Below the pieces are notes generated by a model. It made no database searches. It saw nothing but the letters and a program-made list of their open reading frames with translations, and had not been told where the DNA came from. The position numbers were made by a program, and so were the translations under genes. From positions 768,001-832,000 of the forward strand of contig OY760183.1 of the NCBI GenBank assembly GCA_963663275.1: a DNA stretch of 64,000 nt. Direction: 5' to 3'. The first letter of the stretch is position 1. Every line of letters starts with the position of its first letter. Positions 37,259 to 46,827 of this stretch are shown here, in pieces. The stretch comes from Chloroflexota bacterium. GTDB lineage: Bacteria > Chloroflexota > UBA11872 > VXOZ01.

Positions 37259-39340
37259 ATGAAGGCGTATGCGACGGATTCGATTCGTAATGTCGGGCTC
37301 TTCTCCCACGTCGGCGCGGGCAAGACCTCGCTCGCGGAAGCCATGCTCTTCGCCACCGGCGCCATCAGCCGACTGGGTTCCGTGGATAACGGCAGCACGG
37401 TTTCGGACTACGATCCGGACGAGGTCAAGCGCCAGATATCCATCAACCTTTCGCTGGTTCCCGTGGAGTGGGACGGTGCCAAGCTCAATCTGCTCGACGC
37501 GCCGGGCTACGCCGATTTCTCCGGAGAGGTCGCCAGCGCGCTCCGCGTCGCGGACGGCGCGGTGCTGGTCGTGGACGTAGCCAGCGGCGTGCAGGTCGGC
37601 ACGGAAGAGGCGTGGGAACGCATCACCGCACATGAACTCCCCCGCTTGATCTTCGTCAATCGCATGGACCGGGAGAACGCCGACTACTTCAGCACCGTGG
37701 AAAGCCTGCGCGAGTACTTTGGCAACAGCGTCGCGCCGCTGCACGTTCCCATTGGCGCCGAGGACGACTTCAACGGCGTGGTGGACGTGCTGGCGAACAC
37801 GGCGTACCTCTTCGCCGATAACGCCATGACGGAAGCGCCGGTGCCCGCCGACCTGGAAGATACGGTGGAAGAATACCGCATGACCCTGATCGAAAACGTG
37901 GTGGAACTGGACGACGACCTGACGGAGAAATACCTGGAAGGCGAAGACATTGCGCCGGAAGAGCTTCAGGCCGCGCTGCACGATGGCGTGCGCGCCGGGC
38001 AACTGACGCCGGTGCTCTGCGGCTCGGCGACCCGCAACGTGGGCGTGCAGGCGCTCATGGACGCGCTCGTGCGCTATCTTCCCTCACCGGCCGAGACCGC
38101 GGCGGCCACGGCAACGCAGGCGGGCGCGGAGCAGGAGCTTGCCGCCGACGCCGAAGGGCCGCTGGCGGCGTTCGTCTACAAGACCCTGGCCGACCCCTAC
38201 GTGGGCAAACTCTCGTTCATCCGCGTCTATTCGGGCACGCTGCGCTCGGATTCCCGCGTGTGGAACGCCAATACCGAGAGCGAGGAGCGCATCGGCCAGT
38301 TGCTCTTCGCGCGCGGCCGGGAGCAGGAAAACACGGACCACATCGCCGCCGGCGACATTGGCGCGGTGGCCAAGCTGGCGGAAACGCTCACCAGCCACTC
38401 GCTGAGCGAGCGCAAACAGGCCCTGACGCTGCCGGCCGTGACCTTCCCGCCCTGGCTCTTCACCGCCGCCATCGAACCCACGTCGAAGGAAGACCTGGAG
38501 AAACTCAGCAACGCGCTGGCGCGGGTGACCGAGGAAGACCCCAGCCTGCACGTGGAACGGCAGCAAATCACCGGCCAGACGCTCTTCTCCGGCATCGGGG
38601 AAACCCACATCAACGTGGCGCTGGAACGCATGAAACGCAAGTTCGGCGCGGACGTGAAGACGGTGCCGGTCAAGGTGCCGTACAAGGAGACGATCACCGG
38701 CAGCGCGGCGGCGGAAGGCCGCTTCGTGCGCCAGACCGGCGGCCACGGGCAGTACGCCGTGTGCAACATCGAGATCGAACCGGCGGAGAGAGGCGAAGGC
38801 TTCGAGTTTGTGGACAAGATCTTCGGCGGCGCGATTTCGGCCCCATTCCGCGAGGCGGTGCACAAGGGCATCCGCGAAGCGATGAAAGAGGGCACCCTGG
38901 CCGGCGGCGAGGTGGTGGACCTGCGCGTGAATCTGGTGGACGGCAAGGAACATACGGTCGATTCCTCCGACCTAGCCTTCCAGATCGCCGGTTCCATGGC
39001 CCTGGGTGAAGCCATGGCCAGGGCGAAAGCGGTGCTCCTGGAGCCGGTATTGCAGATGAAGGTGCGCGTGCCGGAAGACCGCATGGGCGACGTGATTGGC
39101 GATCTCACCAGCCGCCGCGCCCGGGTGCACAACATGGACATGATCTCCCCAGGCACGATGGAGGTGGAAGCGGAGGTGCCCCACGCCGAGGTGCTGCGCT
39201 ACGCTACCGATCTGCGCTCCCTCACCCAAGGCCGCGCAACGTTTTCCGCCGAGTTCCTGGGCTATGAACAGGTGCCCGCCAGCACCCAGGAACAGGTGGT
39301 GGAGGCGCATAAGCGCGAGAAGGAAGAAGCCTCGGCGTAA
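37259..39340 (+). CDS. fusA: Elongation factor G-like protein (EF-G II type)
   Basis: G1 SHVGAGKT, RQISI, DAPG, NRMD; QTGGHGQY, LLEPV, LRSLTQGR; not in a str operon. Confidence 0.9.
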   Translation: MKAYATDSIRNVGLFSHVGAGKTSLAEAMLFATGAISRLGSVDNGSTVSDYDPDEVKRQISINLSLVPVEWDGAKLNLLDAPGYADFSGEVASALRVADGAVLVVDVASGVQVGTEEAWERITAHELPRLIFVNRMDRENADYFSTVESLREYFGNSVAPLHVPIGAEDDFNGVVDVLANTAYLFADNAMTEAPVPADLEDTVEEYRMTLIENVVELDDDLTEKYLEGEDIAPEELQAALHDGVRAGQLTPVLCGSATRNVGVQALMDALVRYLPSPAETAAATATQAGAEQELAADAEGPLAAFVYKTLADPYVGKLSFIRVYSGTLRSDSRVWNANTESEERIGQLLFARGREQENTDHIAAGDIGAVAKLAETLTSHSLSERKQALTLPAVTFPPWLFTAAIEPTSKEDLEKLSNALARVTEEDPSLHVERQQITGQTLFSGIGETHINVALERMKRKFGADVKTVPVKVPYKETITGSAAAEGRFVRQTGGHGQYAVCNIEIEPAERGEGFEFVDKIFGGAISAPFREAVHKGIREAMKEGTLAGGEVVDLRVNLVDGKEHTVDSSDLAFQIAGSMALGEAMARAKAVLLEPVLQMKVRVPEDRMGDVIGDLTSRRARVHNMDMISPGTMEVEAEVPHAEVLRYATDLRSLTQGRATFSAEFLGYEQVPASTQEQVVEAHKREKEEASA

Positions 39341-39400
39341 CACCGCCAAACCCTCCTGGCGCTTCCCCTTCTAAACGCATAGGACACGCGGGAACGGTCC

Positions 39401-39593
39401 GGTAGCGCAGGTTTGTAACCTGCGCGGTCGCGGGAACGGCCCGGTAGCGTAGGTTTGCAACCTGCGCGGTCGCGAGGACGGCCCGGCAGCGCAGGTTTTC
39501 AACCTGCGCGGTCGCGGGAACAGTCCGGCAGCGCAGGTCTGCAACCTGCGCGGTCGCGAGGACGGCCCGGCAGCGCAGGTTTTCAACCTGCGC
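39401..39593. repeat. 42-bp tandem array of REP-like palindromes
   Basis: Units start at 39401, 39443, 39485, 39527, 39569; core GCGCAGGTT-nnn-AACCTGCGC. Confidence 0.9.
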
Positions 39594-39728
39594 CCGTGTG
39601 CATTCCCCGCCCCGTATCGTGTTCTTAGCACACGCTCGGCGGGAATCACGGCTGGCTGCCAGGAGCGTTTGCCAACGGCATTGAAGAACCCCTGAGCCTG
39701 GAGACATTCAACCTTGGGAGGCACGGCT

Positions 39729-40049
39729 ATGAAACCGGTCAACGTCGCACCGCTGCTGTCAGAAGACTCGCTCTTTCGCATCGTCTCCGGCACCGCGCGG
39801 AGCCAGGTCGGCATCCTGATACTTGCGCCCGGCGAGAAGACCGGCGGCCTCCACGCCAGCGACCACCCCCAGTCCGACCAAGTGGTCTACGTCGTCTCCG
39901 GCCGCGGCCAGGCCACCGTGCGCGACCAAACCGCGCCCCTAACCCCCGGCGACGTGCTCACCATCGAAGCCGGCGACCCCCACGAACTCCGCTGCACCGG
40001 CGAGGAGCCACTCCGCACGCTGAACGTGTATGCTCCTGCCGCATATTGA
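39729..40049 (+). CDS. Cupin domain protein
   Basis: DHPQSDQVVYVVSGRG and GDVLTIEAGDPHELR cupin motifs. Confidence 0.85.
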   Translation: MKPVNVAPLLSEDSLFRIVSGTARSQVGILILAPGEKTGGLHASDHPQSDQVVYVVSGRGQATVRDQTAPLTPGDVLTIEAGDPHELRCTGEEPLRTLNVYAPAAY

Positions 40050-40116
40050 AGGGTAAGACCTCGATTGTCCGCTGTTTGCGGTATCCTTGAAGTGTGGTTC
40101 AATGAAGGGGAGTGTC

Positions 40117-41706
40117 ATGCGGGACACCTCAGCGATCATGCGAAGGGTGAAGTCGCGCGACACTGCGCCTGAAATGGCCGTCAGACGAGCGCTCTGGCAG
40201 CAAGGGATACGGTACCGTCTCCACGTCCGCAACCTGCCCGGCAAACCGGACTTGGCGCTGCTCAAGAAGAGGATTGCCATCTTCATTGACGGTGACTTCT
40301 GGCATGGCGGACAATGGCGTAAGCGTAATCTTACGGGCCTGCAAGAGCAGTTCCGCGCCACTCCATCGAAAAGCTATTGGATGAGCAAGATCCGGCGCAA
40401 CATGGAGCGAGACGCCAAGAACACAGCATCTCTGTTGGATGAGGGGTGGACCGTTTTGCGACTATGGGAAAGCGACATCGAGAACGACCTCGCGCAATCA
40501 GTCCAGGCAACCGTGGATCTCTCCCGGAACGGCGTAGAACCGTCGAGCTTGGCGCTACTGCCGCAACGAACGGTCGCTGAGTTCTTTGCGGGCATCGGGT
40601 TGGTACGCTTGGGACTTGAGCGTCAAGGATGGTCGGTCAAGTACGCTAATGACATTGACCCTGACAAGATTGAGATGTACGCTACGCACTTTGCGGGCGA
40701 TGCCGGCTGCCTCCACATGGGCGACGTCCATGAGATCGATCCAGGGACTCTGCCGTCGGTAACACTCGCCACCGCCTCATTCCCGTGCAACGACTTGTCA
40801 CTGGCGGGCGCGAGAAAGGGCCTTGCGGGTAAGCAATCGTCAGCATTTTGGGGATTCGTGCGCGTTCTGGAACAGATGGGAAGCCGGAAACCGCCACTAG
40901 TCCTTATTGAGAATGTGCCCGGCTTCCTCACGTCGCGGCAAGGCGAGGATTTCAGGCAGGCGCTCGCGGCGCTCAATGGACTCGGCTACGCGGTTGACCC
41001 GTTTATCGTAGACGCCGCGCATTTCGTGCCCCAGAGCCGCGCGCGGCTCTTTGTGGTCGGTCAACTATGGGACGAAGGCCGGAAGCAGGAAACGGACGTT
41101 TTCCAAGAAGGGGCCCTTGCCGCTCTGCGGCCAAAGCAGATGCTTGCTTTCATCGCGGCGCATCCTGAAATCACATGGTCTCTGCGTCCGCTACCGACAT
41201 TGCCGCAACGTACGCAGGACCTTGAAGCTATTCTGGAAGACCTGCCGGATGACGCGCCGGAATGGTGGAGCGCGGAGCGGGCAACGTACTTGCTCAACCA
41301 GATGAGCGAGCGTCACCGCGCGACAGCGGAGCGCATGATAGATGATGAACGGTGGTCTTATGGAACGGTATTCCGCCGTGTGCGCTATGGCCGGTCGATG
41401 GCGGAATTGCGCACGGACGGCATTGCCGGCTGCCTGCGGACGCCGCTTGGCGGGAGCGGCCGGCAAATCCTCTTCAAGGCCGGCCACGGGGGCTACTATG
41501 CCCGCTTGCTGACCCCGCGCGAGTGCGCCCGGCTCATGGGAGCGGATGATTTCACCATCGAGGCGCCGCTCAACCAGGCGCTCTACGCCTTTGGGGACGC
41601 GGTGTGCGTGCCGGTGATCGACTGGATTGCGGAACACTACCTGAATCCGATGGTAAATGAGCGCATTCGCGGCTATCCGCTGCGGCTTACTCCGGAGCCA
41701 CGATGA
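40117..41706 (+). CDS. Fusion of Vsr very-short-patch repair endonuclease and C5 cytosine DNA methyltransferase
   Basis: N-terminal SRDTAPE, LPGKPD, FIDGDFWHG, GWTVLRLWE; then FFAGIG, SFPCNDLS, IENVPG, PQSRARLF, LTPRECARLMG, GDAV in one frame. Confidence 0.9.
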   Translation: MRDTSAIMRRVKSRDTAPEMAVRRALWQQGIRYRLHVRNLPGKPDLALLKKRIAIFIDGDFWHGGQWRKRNLTGLQEQFRATPSKSYWMSKIRRNMERDAKNTASLLDEGWTVLRLWESDIENDLAQSVQATVDLSRNGVEPSSLALLPQRTVAEFFAGIGLVRLGLERQGWSVKYANDIDPDKIEMYATHFAGDAGCLHMGDVHEIDPGTLPSVTLATASFPCNDLSLAGARKGLAGKQSSAFWGFVRVLEQMGSRKPPLVLIENVPGFLTSRQGEDFRQALAALNGLGYAVDPFIVDAAHFVPQSRARLFVVGQLWDEGRKQETDVFQEGALAALRPKQMLAFIAAHPEITWSLRPLPTLPQRTQDLEAILEDLPDDAPEWWSAERATYLLNQMSERHRATAERMIDDERWSYGTVFRRVRYGRSMAELRTDGIAGCLRTPLGGSGRQILFKAGHGGYYARLLTPRECARLMGADDFTIEAPLNQALYAFGDAVCVPVIDWIAEHYLNPMVNERIRGYPLRLTPEPR

Positions 41707-42674
41707 GCGCCAGCGCCGAGCAGGCAGCTCTTACCGCGATCAAAGCATGGCATGACGCGCTGCCCAATTATTCAGGCGGCAAGGCGCGCGGCAGCATCGC
41801 CGCCGCGCTAGTCGTGATCGAGCGCTTGAAAGATAGCTTTGACCTTGACGTAGACGCCCATACCGCAAGAGGCGGCGCGCAGGTCAGCGGCCTTACCCCA
41901 GGCAGGGTCACGGAGATCCTCGCGCGGTTCGATGAAGAGAGACCCTTCTTGCGCGAAGGTGGACGAACCAATCGCGGCGCGCGCGGCGCCGTGGCAAGCC
42001 TGCTCATTGTGCTACGCCCTTTAGCACTGGAAAACCTGCGTAAAACAGAGCGTGAGTGCGTCTTGGAAGCAATGCAGGGGTTCCTCGCGGAGCGCGTTGT
42101 GGAGTATTTTAACCGCCAGCGCTTAGATCCTCCCTACGACCCGGCGGCGAGCACCTGGCAATCAGTCCACGAGATACTGCTGAAGGCCGCGGAAGCGGGC
42201 AAGTCCGGGCCGGTGGCGCAGCATCTGGTGGGCGCGAAACTGCAACTGCGCTTTCCTGACATTGCGGTGGCGAACAACCCCGCCAGCGCCGCCGACCAAC
42301 AGACGGGCCGGGCCGGCGACTTTCAGATTGGCGACACCGCGTTCCACGTCACTGTTGCTCCCACGAGGGACAACCTCTTCGATCGGGTGAAGGAAAACAT
42401 CCGGCAGGGGCTCCGAGTCTACGTCCTGGTTCCTGATGAGAAAGTGATGACCGCGCGGGGATACGCGGAAGAGCAACTTCTCGGCCAAGCGTCGCAGATC
42501 GCGGTGTGCGCGATCGAGTCGTTCGTGGCGCATAACATAGACGAAATTGCTGTGTTCGCCCAGGGTCGGCTGCTGCAAGGATTTCGCGCGCTCTTGGAGA
42601 TGTACAATCAACGCGCGGACGCGGTGGAAACGGATAAGTCCGTACTCATCGACATCCCGGCGATATTGTCCTAG
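41703..42674 (+). CDS. Methyltransferase-coupled protein, DUF4928-like, putative restriction endonuclease
   Basis: ATGA overlap with the MTase; EGGRTNRG, VAQHLVGAKLQLRFP, ADQQTGRAGDF, FHVTVAP motifs recalled for DUF4928. Confidence 0.65.
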   Translation: MSASAEQAALTAIKAWHDALPNYSGGKARGSIAAALVVIERLKDSFDLDVDAHTARGGAQVSGLTPGRVTEILARFDEERPFLREGGRTNRGARGAVASLLIVLRPLALENLRKTERECVLEAMQGFLAERVVEYFNRQRLDPPYDPAASTWQSVHEILLKAAEAGKSGPVAQHLVGAKLQLRFPDIAVANNPASAADQQTGRAGDFQIGDTAFHVTVAPTRDNLFDRVKENIRQGLRVYVLVPDEKVMTARGYAEEQLLGQASQIAVCAIESFVAHNIDEIAVFAQGRLLQGFRALLEMYNQRADAVETDKSVLIDIPAILS

Positions 42675-42720
42675 CAAGTAAGCACTGGATTGCTATCGAT
42701 CCACTTGTCGGAGTAGGAAC

Positions 42721-43410
42721 ATGGCGCCAGACGCTACCGTCAAGCGCATTGTATGCCTTGCCAACTCGCGCAAAGAGGGTGACCGTTGCATCGCCGGCAG
42801 GGAACTGGTGGCGGATGGACGCCCCGGCGGGTGGGTGCGGCCCGTGAGCGACCGCGAGGATGAGGGGGTCAATGAGCGCGAACGGCAGTATGCGGACGGC
42901 GGCGAGCCGGTCGTGCTCGACGTTATCGACGTGCCGCTGCGGGAGGCGCGGCCGAAAGGCTATCAAAAAGAGAATTGGCTGCTCGACCCGCGGCGTCGTT
43001 GGCGGAGAGTGGAGCGGGTCGCGCCGCATGAACTCCGGCGGTTTGCCGACCCTGGTGCGCCGCTCTGGGTCAACGGCCACCACACGCAGCACGGACGGAA
43101 CGATCGGCTGCCGCTGGAACGCGCCCGGTCCCTGCGCAGTTCGCTGCGCTTGGTCGGCGTCGACGCGCTGGAACTCGACGTTTTCGCGCCCAGAGCCGAG
43201 TATGGCGACTTCAAGCGGCGCATCAAGGGACAGTTTCGTCATGCCGGCGCGGAGTACCGGCTCTGGGTCACCGATCCCGCCTACGAAGCGACGTATCTCA
43301 ACCGGCCAAACGCTTCCTATACGCTGGGCGCATGTTACCTGACTGTCAGTCTGGGCGAGCCGTACCAGGGTTACGCCTACAAGCTCATCGCCGCCATCAT
43401 CGAACTCTAG
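42721..43410 (+). CDS. Dual-OB domain protein
   Basis: IVCLANSRK...CIAG...WVRPV, YQKENW, LWVTDP, LTVSLGEPY...YKLIAAII. Confidence 0.7.
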   Translation: MAPDATVKRIVCLANSRKEGDRCIAGRELVADGRPGGWVRPVSDREDEGVNERERQYADGGEPVVLDVIDVPLREARPKGYQKENWLLDPRRRWRRVERVAPHELRRFADPGAPLWVNGHHTQHGRNDRLPLERARSLRSSLRLVGVDALELDVFAPRAEYGDFKRRIKGQFRHAGAEYRLWVTDPAYEATYLNRPNASYTLGACYLTVSLGEPYQGYAYKLIAAIIEL

Positions 43411-43424
43411 CGGAGAATGCTTAC

Positions 43425-44138
43425 GTGACGACAGCGCGCTATCCGGTGCTCACCATCGGGCACTCCAATCACGAGCCGCAAGCGTTCGTGTCGTTGTTGC
43501 GGACGCACGGCGTGGACGCGATAGTGGACGTGCGCTCCGCGCCGTACAGCCGCTACCTGCCCCACTTCAATAAGGAACACCTGGAGAGGATTTTGCGGGA
43601 AGGCGGCATCCGCTACGCTTTCAAAGGCAAAGAGCTTGGCGGCCAGCCGGCGGATCGCGGCTGCTACGACGCCGACGGGCGCGTTCTGTATGACGCGCTG
43701 GCGGAGACGGACGCTTTCAAAGAGGGTATTGCGTACGTGCTGGAGGCTGCGGCCGCTCAGCCTGCGGCAGGCTCAGACTCCGCAGCCGTTCATCCTTCGA
43801 CAAGCTCAGGACGAACGGGTGCTGGGCGCGATGCGGGACGAACGGCCGCTTCCCCGGCGGGTGGTCTGGCTCTGATGTGCAGCGAGAAGGAGCCGCTGGA
43901 GTGCCACCGCACGCTGCTGATCAGCCGGACGCTGGCCGAGCGTGGCGTGGCCGTGGCCCACGTCCACGCCGACGGTAGCCTGGAAAGCCACGAGGAGGCG
44001 ATGAACCGGCTGCTGGATCTATTCAAGCTGCCGCACCACGGCGACCTCTTTCGCCCCAGGGAAGCGGTGATCGACGACGCGGCGGCGCGCCAGGCGCGGC
44101 GCGTGGGCGCTCGCTGGCGCGAAGACCCCACGTATTGA
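43425..44138 (+). CDS. DUF488 domain protein with an internal repeat-derived insertion
   Basis: LTIGHSNH, VDVRSAPYSR, ELGG, LMCSE...CHR; GGAGA SD before GTG 43425. Confidence 0.85.
   Translation: MTTARYPVLTIGHSNHEPQAFVSLLRTHGVDAIVDVRSAPYSRYLPHFNKEHLERILREGGIRYAFKGKELGGQPADRGCYDADGRVLYDALAETDAFKEGIAYVLEAAAAQPAAGSDSAAVHPSTSSGRTGAGRDAGRTAASPAGGLALMCSEKEPLECHRTLLISRTLAERGVAVAHVHADGSLESHEEAMNRLLDLFKLPHHGDLFRPREAVIDDAAARQARRVGARWREDPTY
43786..43818. repeat. REP-like palindrome inside the CDS
   Basis: CCGTTCATCCTTCGACAAGCTCAGGACGAACGG; intergenic relatives at 46621, 49746, 62339 and 62399. Confidence 0.75.
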
Positions 44139-44256
44139 ACGTGCCGTAACTACTATGTACATAGCGGGCGCAGGCTCCGTCATTCCCGCGCAGGCGGGAA
44201 GCCGGAGCGGACAACACTGAATTCTTCAAGACAGCGTTGACTGGGAGCAGGATCGT

Positions 44257-44730
44257 TTGAAGATACACACCATCGGCTTTACGAAGAAGTCCGCCGCTCA
44301 ATTCTTTGGCTTGCTGCGAGAGTCGGGCGCTAAACGCCTGGTAGACGTGCGCCTGAACAACGCCTCGCAACTGGCGCGCTTTGCCCACGGCGCGGACCTG
44401 CCGTACTTCCTGCAAGAGCTTTGCGGCGCGGAGTACACCCACGCGCCGGACCTCGCGCCCACCAAGGACCTGCTGGACGGCTACCGCAAGGGCGAAATCG
44501 ACTGGGCAACCTACGAGCGTGACTTTCTGGCCCTGCTGGACGCGCGGCGCATCCTCACGGAGGGCATACGGCCTACCGGGGGCCGGCGTATCGTCAAGAG
44601 GCTGCGCGCGGCCATCGTCGATAGTTGCCTGCTGTGCAGCGAGCACGAGCCGGACCACTGCCACCGCCGGCTGGTGGCGGAGTACTTCCAGCGGCACTGG
44701 GGCGACGTTGAAATCGTGCATCTCACGTGA
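44257..44730 (+). CDS. DUF488 domain protein (TIGFT subtype)
   Basis: IHTIGFTKKSA, VDVRLNN, LAPT, LLCSE...CHRR. Confidence 0.85.
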   Translation: MKIHTIGFTKKSAAQFFGLLRESGAKRLVDVRLNNASQLARFAHGADLPYFLQELCGAEYTHAPDLAPTKDLLDGYRKGEIDWATYERDFLALLDARRILTEGIRPTGGRRIVKRLRAAIVDSCLLCSEHEPDHCHRRLVAEYFQRHWGDVEIVHLT

Positions 44731-44747
44731 GAAGAAGACTCTAGACC

Positions 44748-45365
44748 TTGTTTGAATTGCTTCACGACCTGGTAGATTGGGTGCTCGCCTGGGCGGATTC
44801 GCCCTATGGCGGCTTGGCGCTGTTTGTGCTGTCGGCGGCGGAGTCGATCATCTTTCCCGTGCCGCCGGACCCGTTGCTGATCGCGCTGGGCGTGGGCAAG
44901 CCGAGCTTTGCGCTGGTCTTTGCCGCCGTCTGCCTTGCCGGTTCGCTGCTCGGCGCCAGCGTCGGCTACGTGATCGGCATGTGGGGCGGCCGCCCGGTTG
45001 TCGATCGGCTCTTTTCGCAAGACAAGATTGCCTTCGTCGAGCAAAAGTACCAACGCTGGGACGTGTGGGCAATCCTCATTGCCGCGCTCACGCCCATTCC
45101 CTACAAGGTGTTCACGGTCACGGCCGGCATGTTCCGCCTGAACTTTGGCCGCTTCATGCTGGCGTCGCTGCTGGGCCGCGGCGCGCGCTTCTTTGCCGTC
45201 GGCCTGCTCATCGCCCTCTTTGGCGAACCGATTAAGGCCTTCATCGATCAGTACCTCGACATCCTCTTCATCGTCTTCATGATTCTGCTCGTCGGCGGCT
45301 TCTTTGTGATCAGGCTCCTGACACGCGCGGGAAAGGACTCGAAGCCGGATGAGGCCGCGCCATAA
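44748..45365 (+). CDS. YqaA/DedA (VTT domain) membrane protein
   Basis: AESIIFPVPPD, TPIPYKVFT, GRGARFF. Confidence 0.88.
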   Translation: MFELLHDLVDWVLAWADSPYGGLALFVLSAAESIIFPVPPDPLLIALGVGKPSFALVFAAVCLAGSLLGASVGYVIGMWGGRPVVDRLFSQDKIAFVEQKYQRWDVWAILIAALTPIPYKVFTVTAGMFRLNFGRFMLASLLGRGARFFAVGLLIALFGEPIKAFIDQYLDILFIVFMILLVGGFFVIRLLTRAGKDSKPDEAAP

Positions 45366-45495
45366 GCGGTCGCGACACGTGTGTTCCGGCAAAGATTGGT
45401 ACAATTGCCGTTGGACAAACCGATGGCATATTGTAGGGCCATGAACCGGAGAATAGCGATGGGAGAGACACTCCTTGCCTTCAATCCCGCTAAGC

Positions 45496-45830
45496 GTAGC
45501 GCGGGGGCTTGTCTGTCGCGCGAGTCGTTCCGGTAGGGGCGGTTCGCGAACCGCCCCTACCTGCGTGCAGCGGGATACGTTGTGGCGGGGACGGTTCGCG
45601 AACCGCCCCTACCCGGTCGAATTGCCGCTAGCGTGGGAATGACCATGGCTTTGCCTGGGCCACATGGAAGGCTAAGAAATGGCGGCTGACATCCCAACGG
45701 TTACGCCGGCGCAACTGTAGCGCGGGGGCTTGTCCCCCGCCTCTGGATTTCCGTTCGCGCTTGCATGGCGGCAGCGGACGCAGGTTACGAACCTACGCTG
45801 CCTGCGCAGGTTACAAACCTACGCTACCGG
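45496..45830. repeat. Mixed REP cluster
   Basis: GTAGCGCGGGGGCTTGTC, GTAGGGGCGGTTCGCGAACCGCCCCTAC and GCAGGTTACAAACCTACGC units. Confidence 0.75.
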
Positions 45831-45943
45831 AACGGAACCGCCTGAATCAGCTAATCTTAATAGCAAGACGATAGCGGACACGCCCCGTTCTCATGGGGAA
45901 ACGACTCTTGCGAGAAGACGATGAGCAGCGAGCATTCTTGATC

Positions 45944-46354
45944 ATGCCAAGTTACTATGACGTGCTCGGCGTCGCGGAAGACGCCGACACGGAAGAGATA
46001 GCGGCGGCGTTTCGGCGCGCGCTGGCGGCCGCCCAGGCGGATGCGGCGCAATGCGAGACCGCGGATCTCGCCGCGGGGGTGCGGACGCTGGTGGAGGCCT
46101 ATGACGTGCTTTCCAATCCCGCCTACCGCGCCGCCTACGACGTGAAGCGGGCGGAGAAGAAGCCTCTGCCCGTGCCGGAGCCGGTTGCCGGGTCCAAGCT
46201 CTTTCGCGCGCTCAAAGCGGGCGGCTCCACCCTCGTCAAGGACGTAAAGGAGCAGTACGAGAACGACCCCACCATCAAGGAAGACCTCGACCGCTCCATC
46301 CAACTGGGACGCAAAGTGGCGCGGGCGGCGCGGTTTCTGCGCTTCTTGCGGTAG
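45944..46354 (+). CDS. J-like (DnaJ domain) protein lacking HPD
   Basis: SYYDVLGV...EEIAAAFRR...EAYDVLSNP..RAAYD. Confidence 0.75.
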   Translation: MPSYYDVLGVAEDADTEEIAAAFRRALAAAQADAAQCETADLAAGVRTLVEAYDVLSNPAYRAAYDVKRAEKKPLPVPEPVAGSKLFRALKAGGSTLVKDVKEQYENDPTIKEDLDRSIQLGRKVARAARFLRFLR

Positions 46355-46399
46355 GCAGAGCGTGGGGACGCGGCAAGTGAAAGGGAATCCAGCCGGTGT

Positions 46400-46653
46400 C
46401 GGCGGGGGACAAGCCCCCGCGCTACAGTGCTGGCGTCCGCCGTCAGATGATGACGGACGAGTGCGCATTGGGGCTGGCGCCGCCGCCGTTCACCGTTCGA
46501 CACGCCGCAGGTGAAAGGGATTCCACCCGGTATCGAGCGGGGGACAAGCCCCCGCGCTACGATGCTAGTGTTCGCCGTAGTGTGATGATGGACGAGTGCG
46601 CGCGGGGGCTGGCGCCGCCGCCGTTCACCCTTCGACACGCTCAGGGCGAACGG
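46400..46653. repeat. Duplicated ~136-bp REP-containing unit
   Basis: GGGGGACAAGCCCCCGCGCTAC...CCGTTCACC..TCGACACGC occurs twice. Confidence 0.75.
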
Positions 46654-46827
46654 CGTAGATGCGAAGTCCGTGCGAACGGGACAGGAACGAAACCTGTGCG
46701 AACGGCATAGGTACGAAACCTGTACAAACGTCGCTTGTACGATCGTTGCTTGTGCGGACAAGACGATCGTAAACAGGTACATAGCACGAACGGATGGTCG
46801 CGCTCATCCCTCTTGTGAACCGCCCGC

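Noticed and set aside
39401-39593. CRISPR array
   Set aside because: The linkers are only ~21 nt and nearly identical, the repeat belongs to a dispersed REP family, and no cas genes are present
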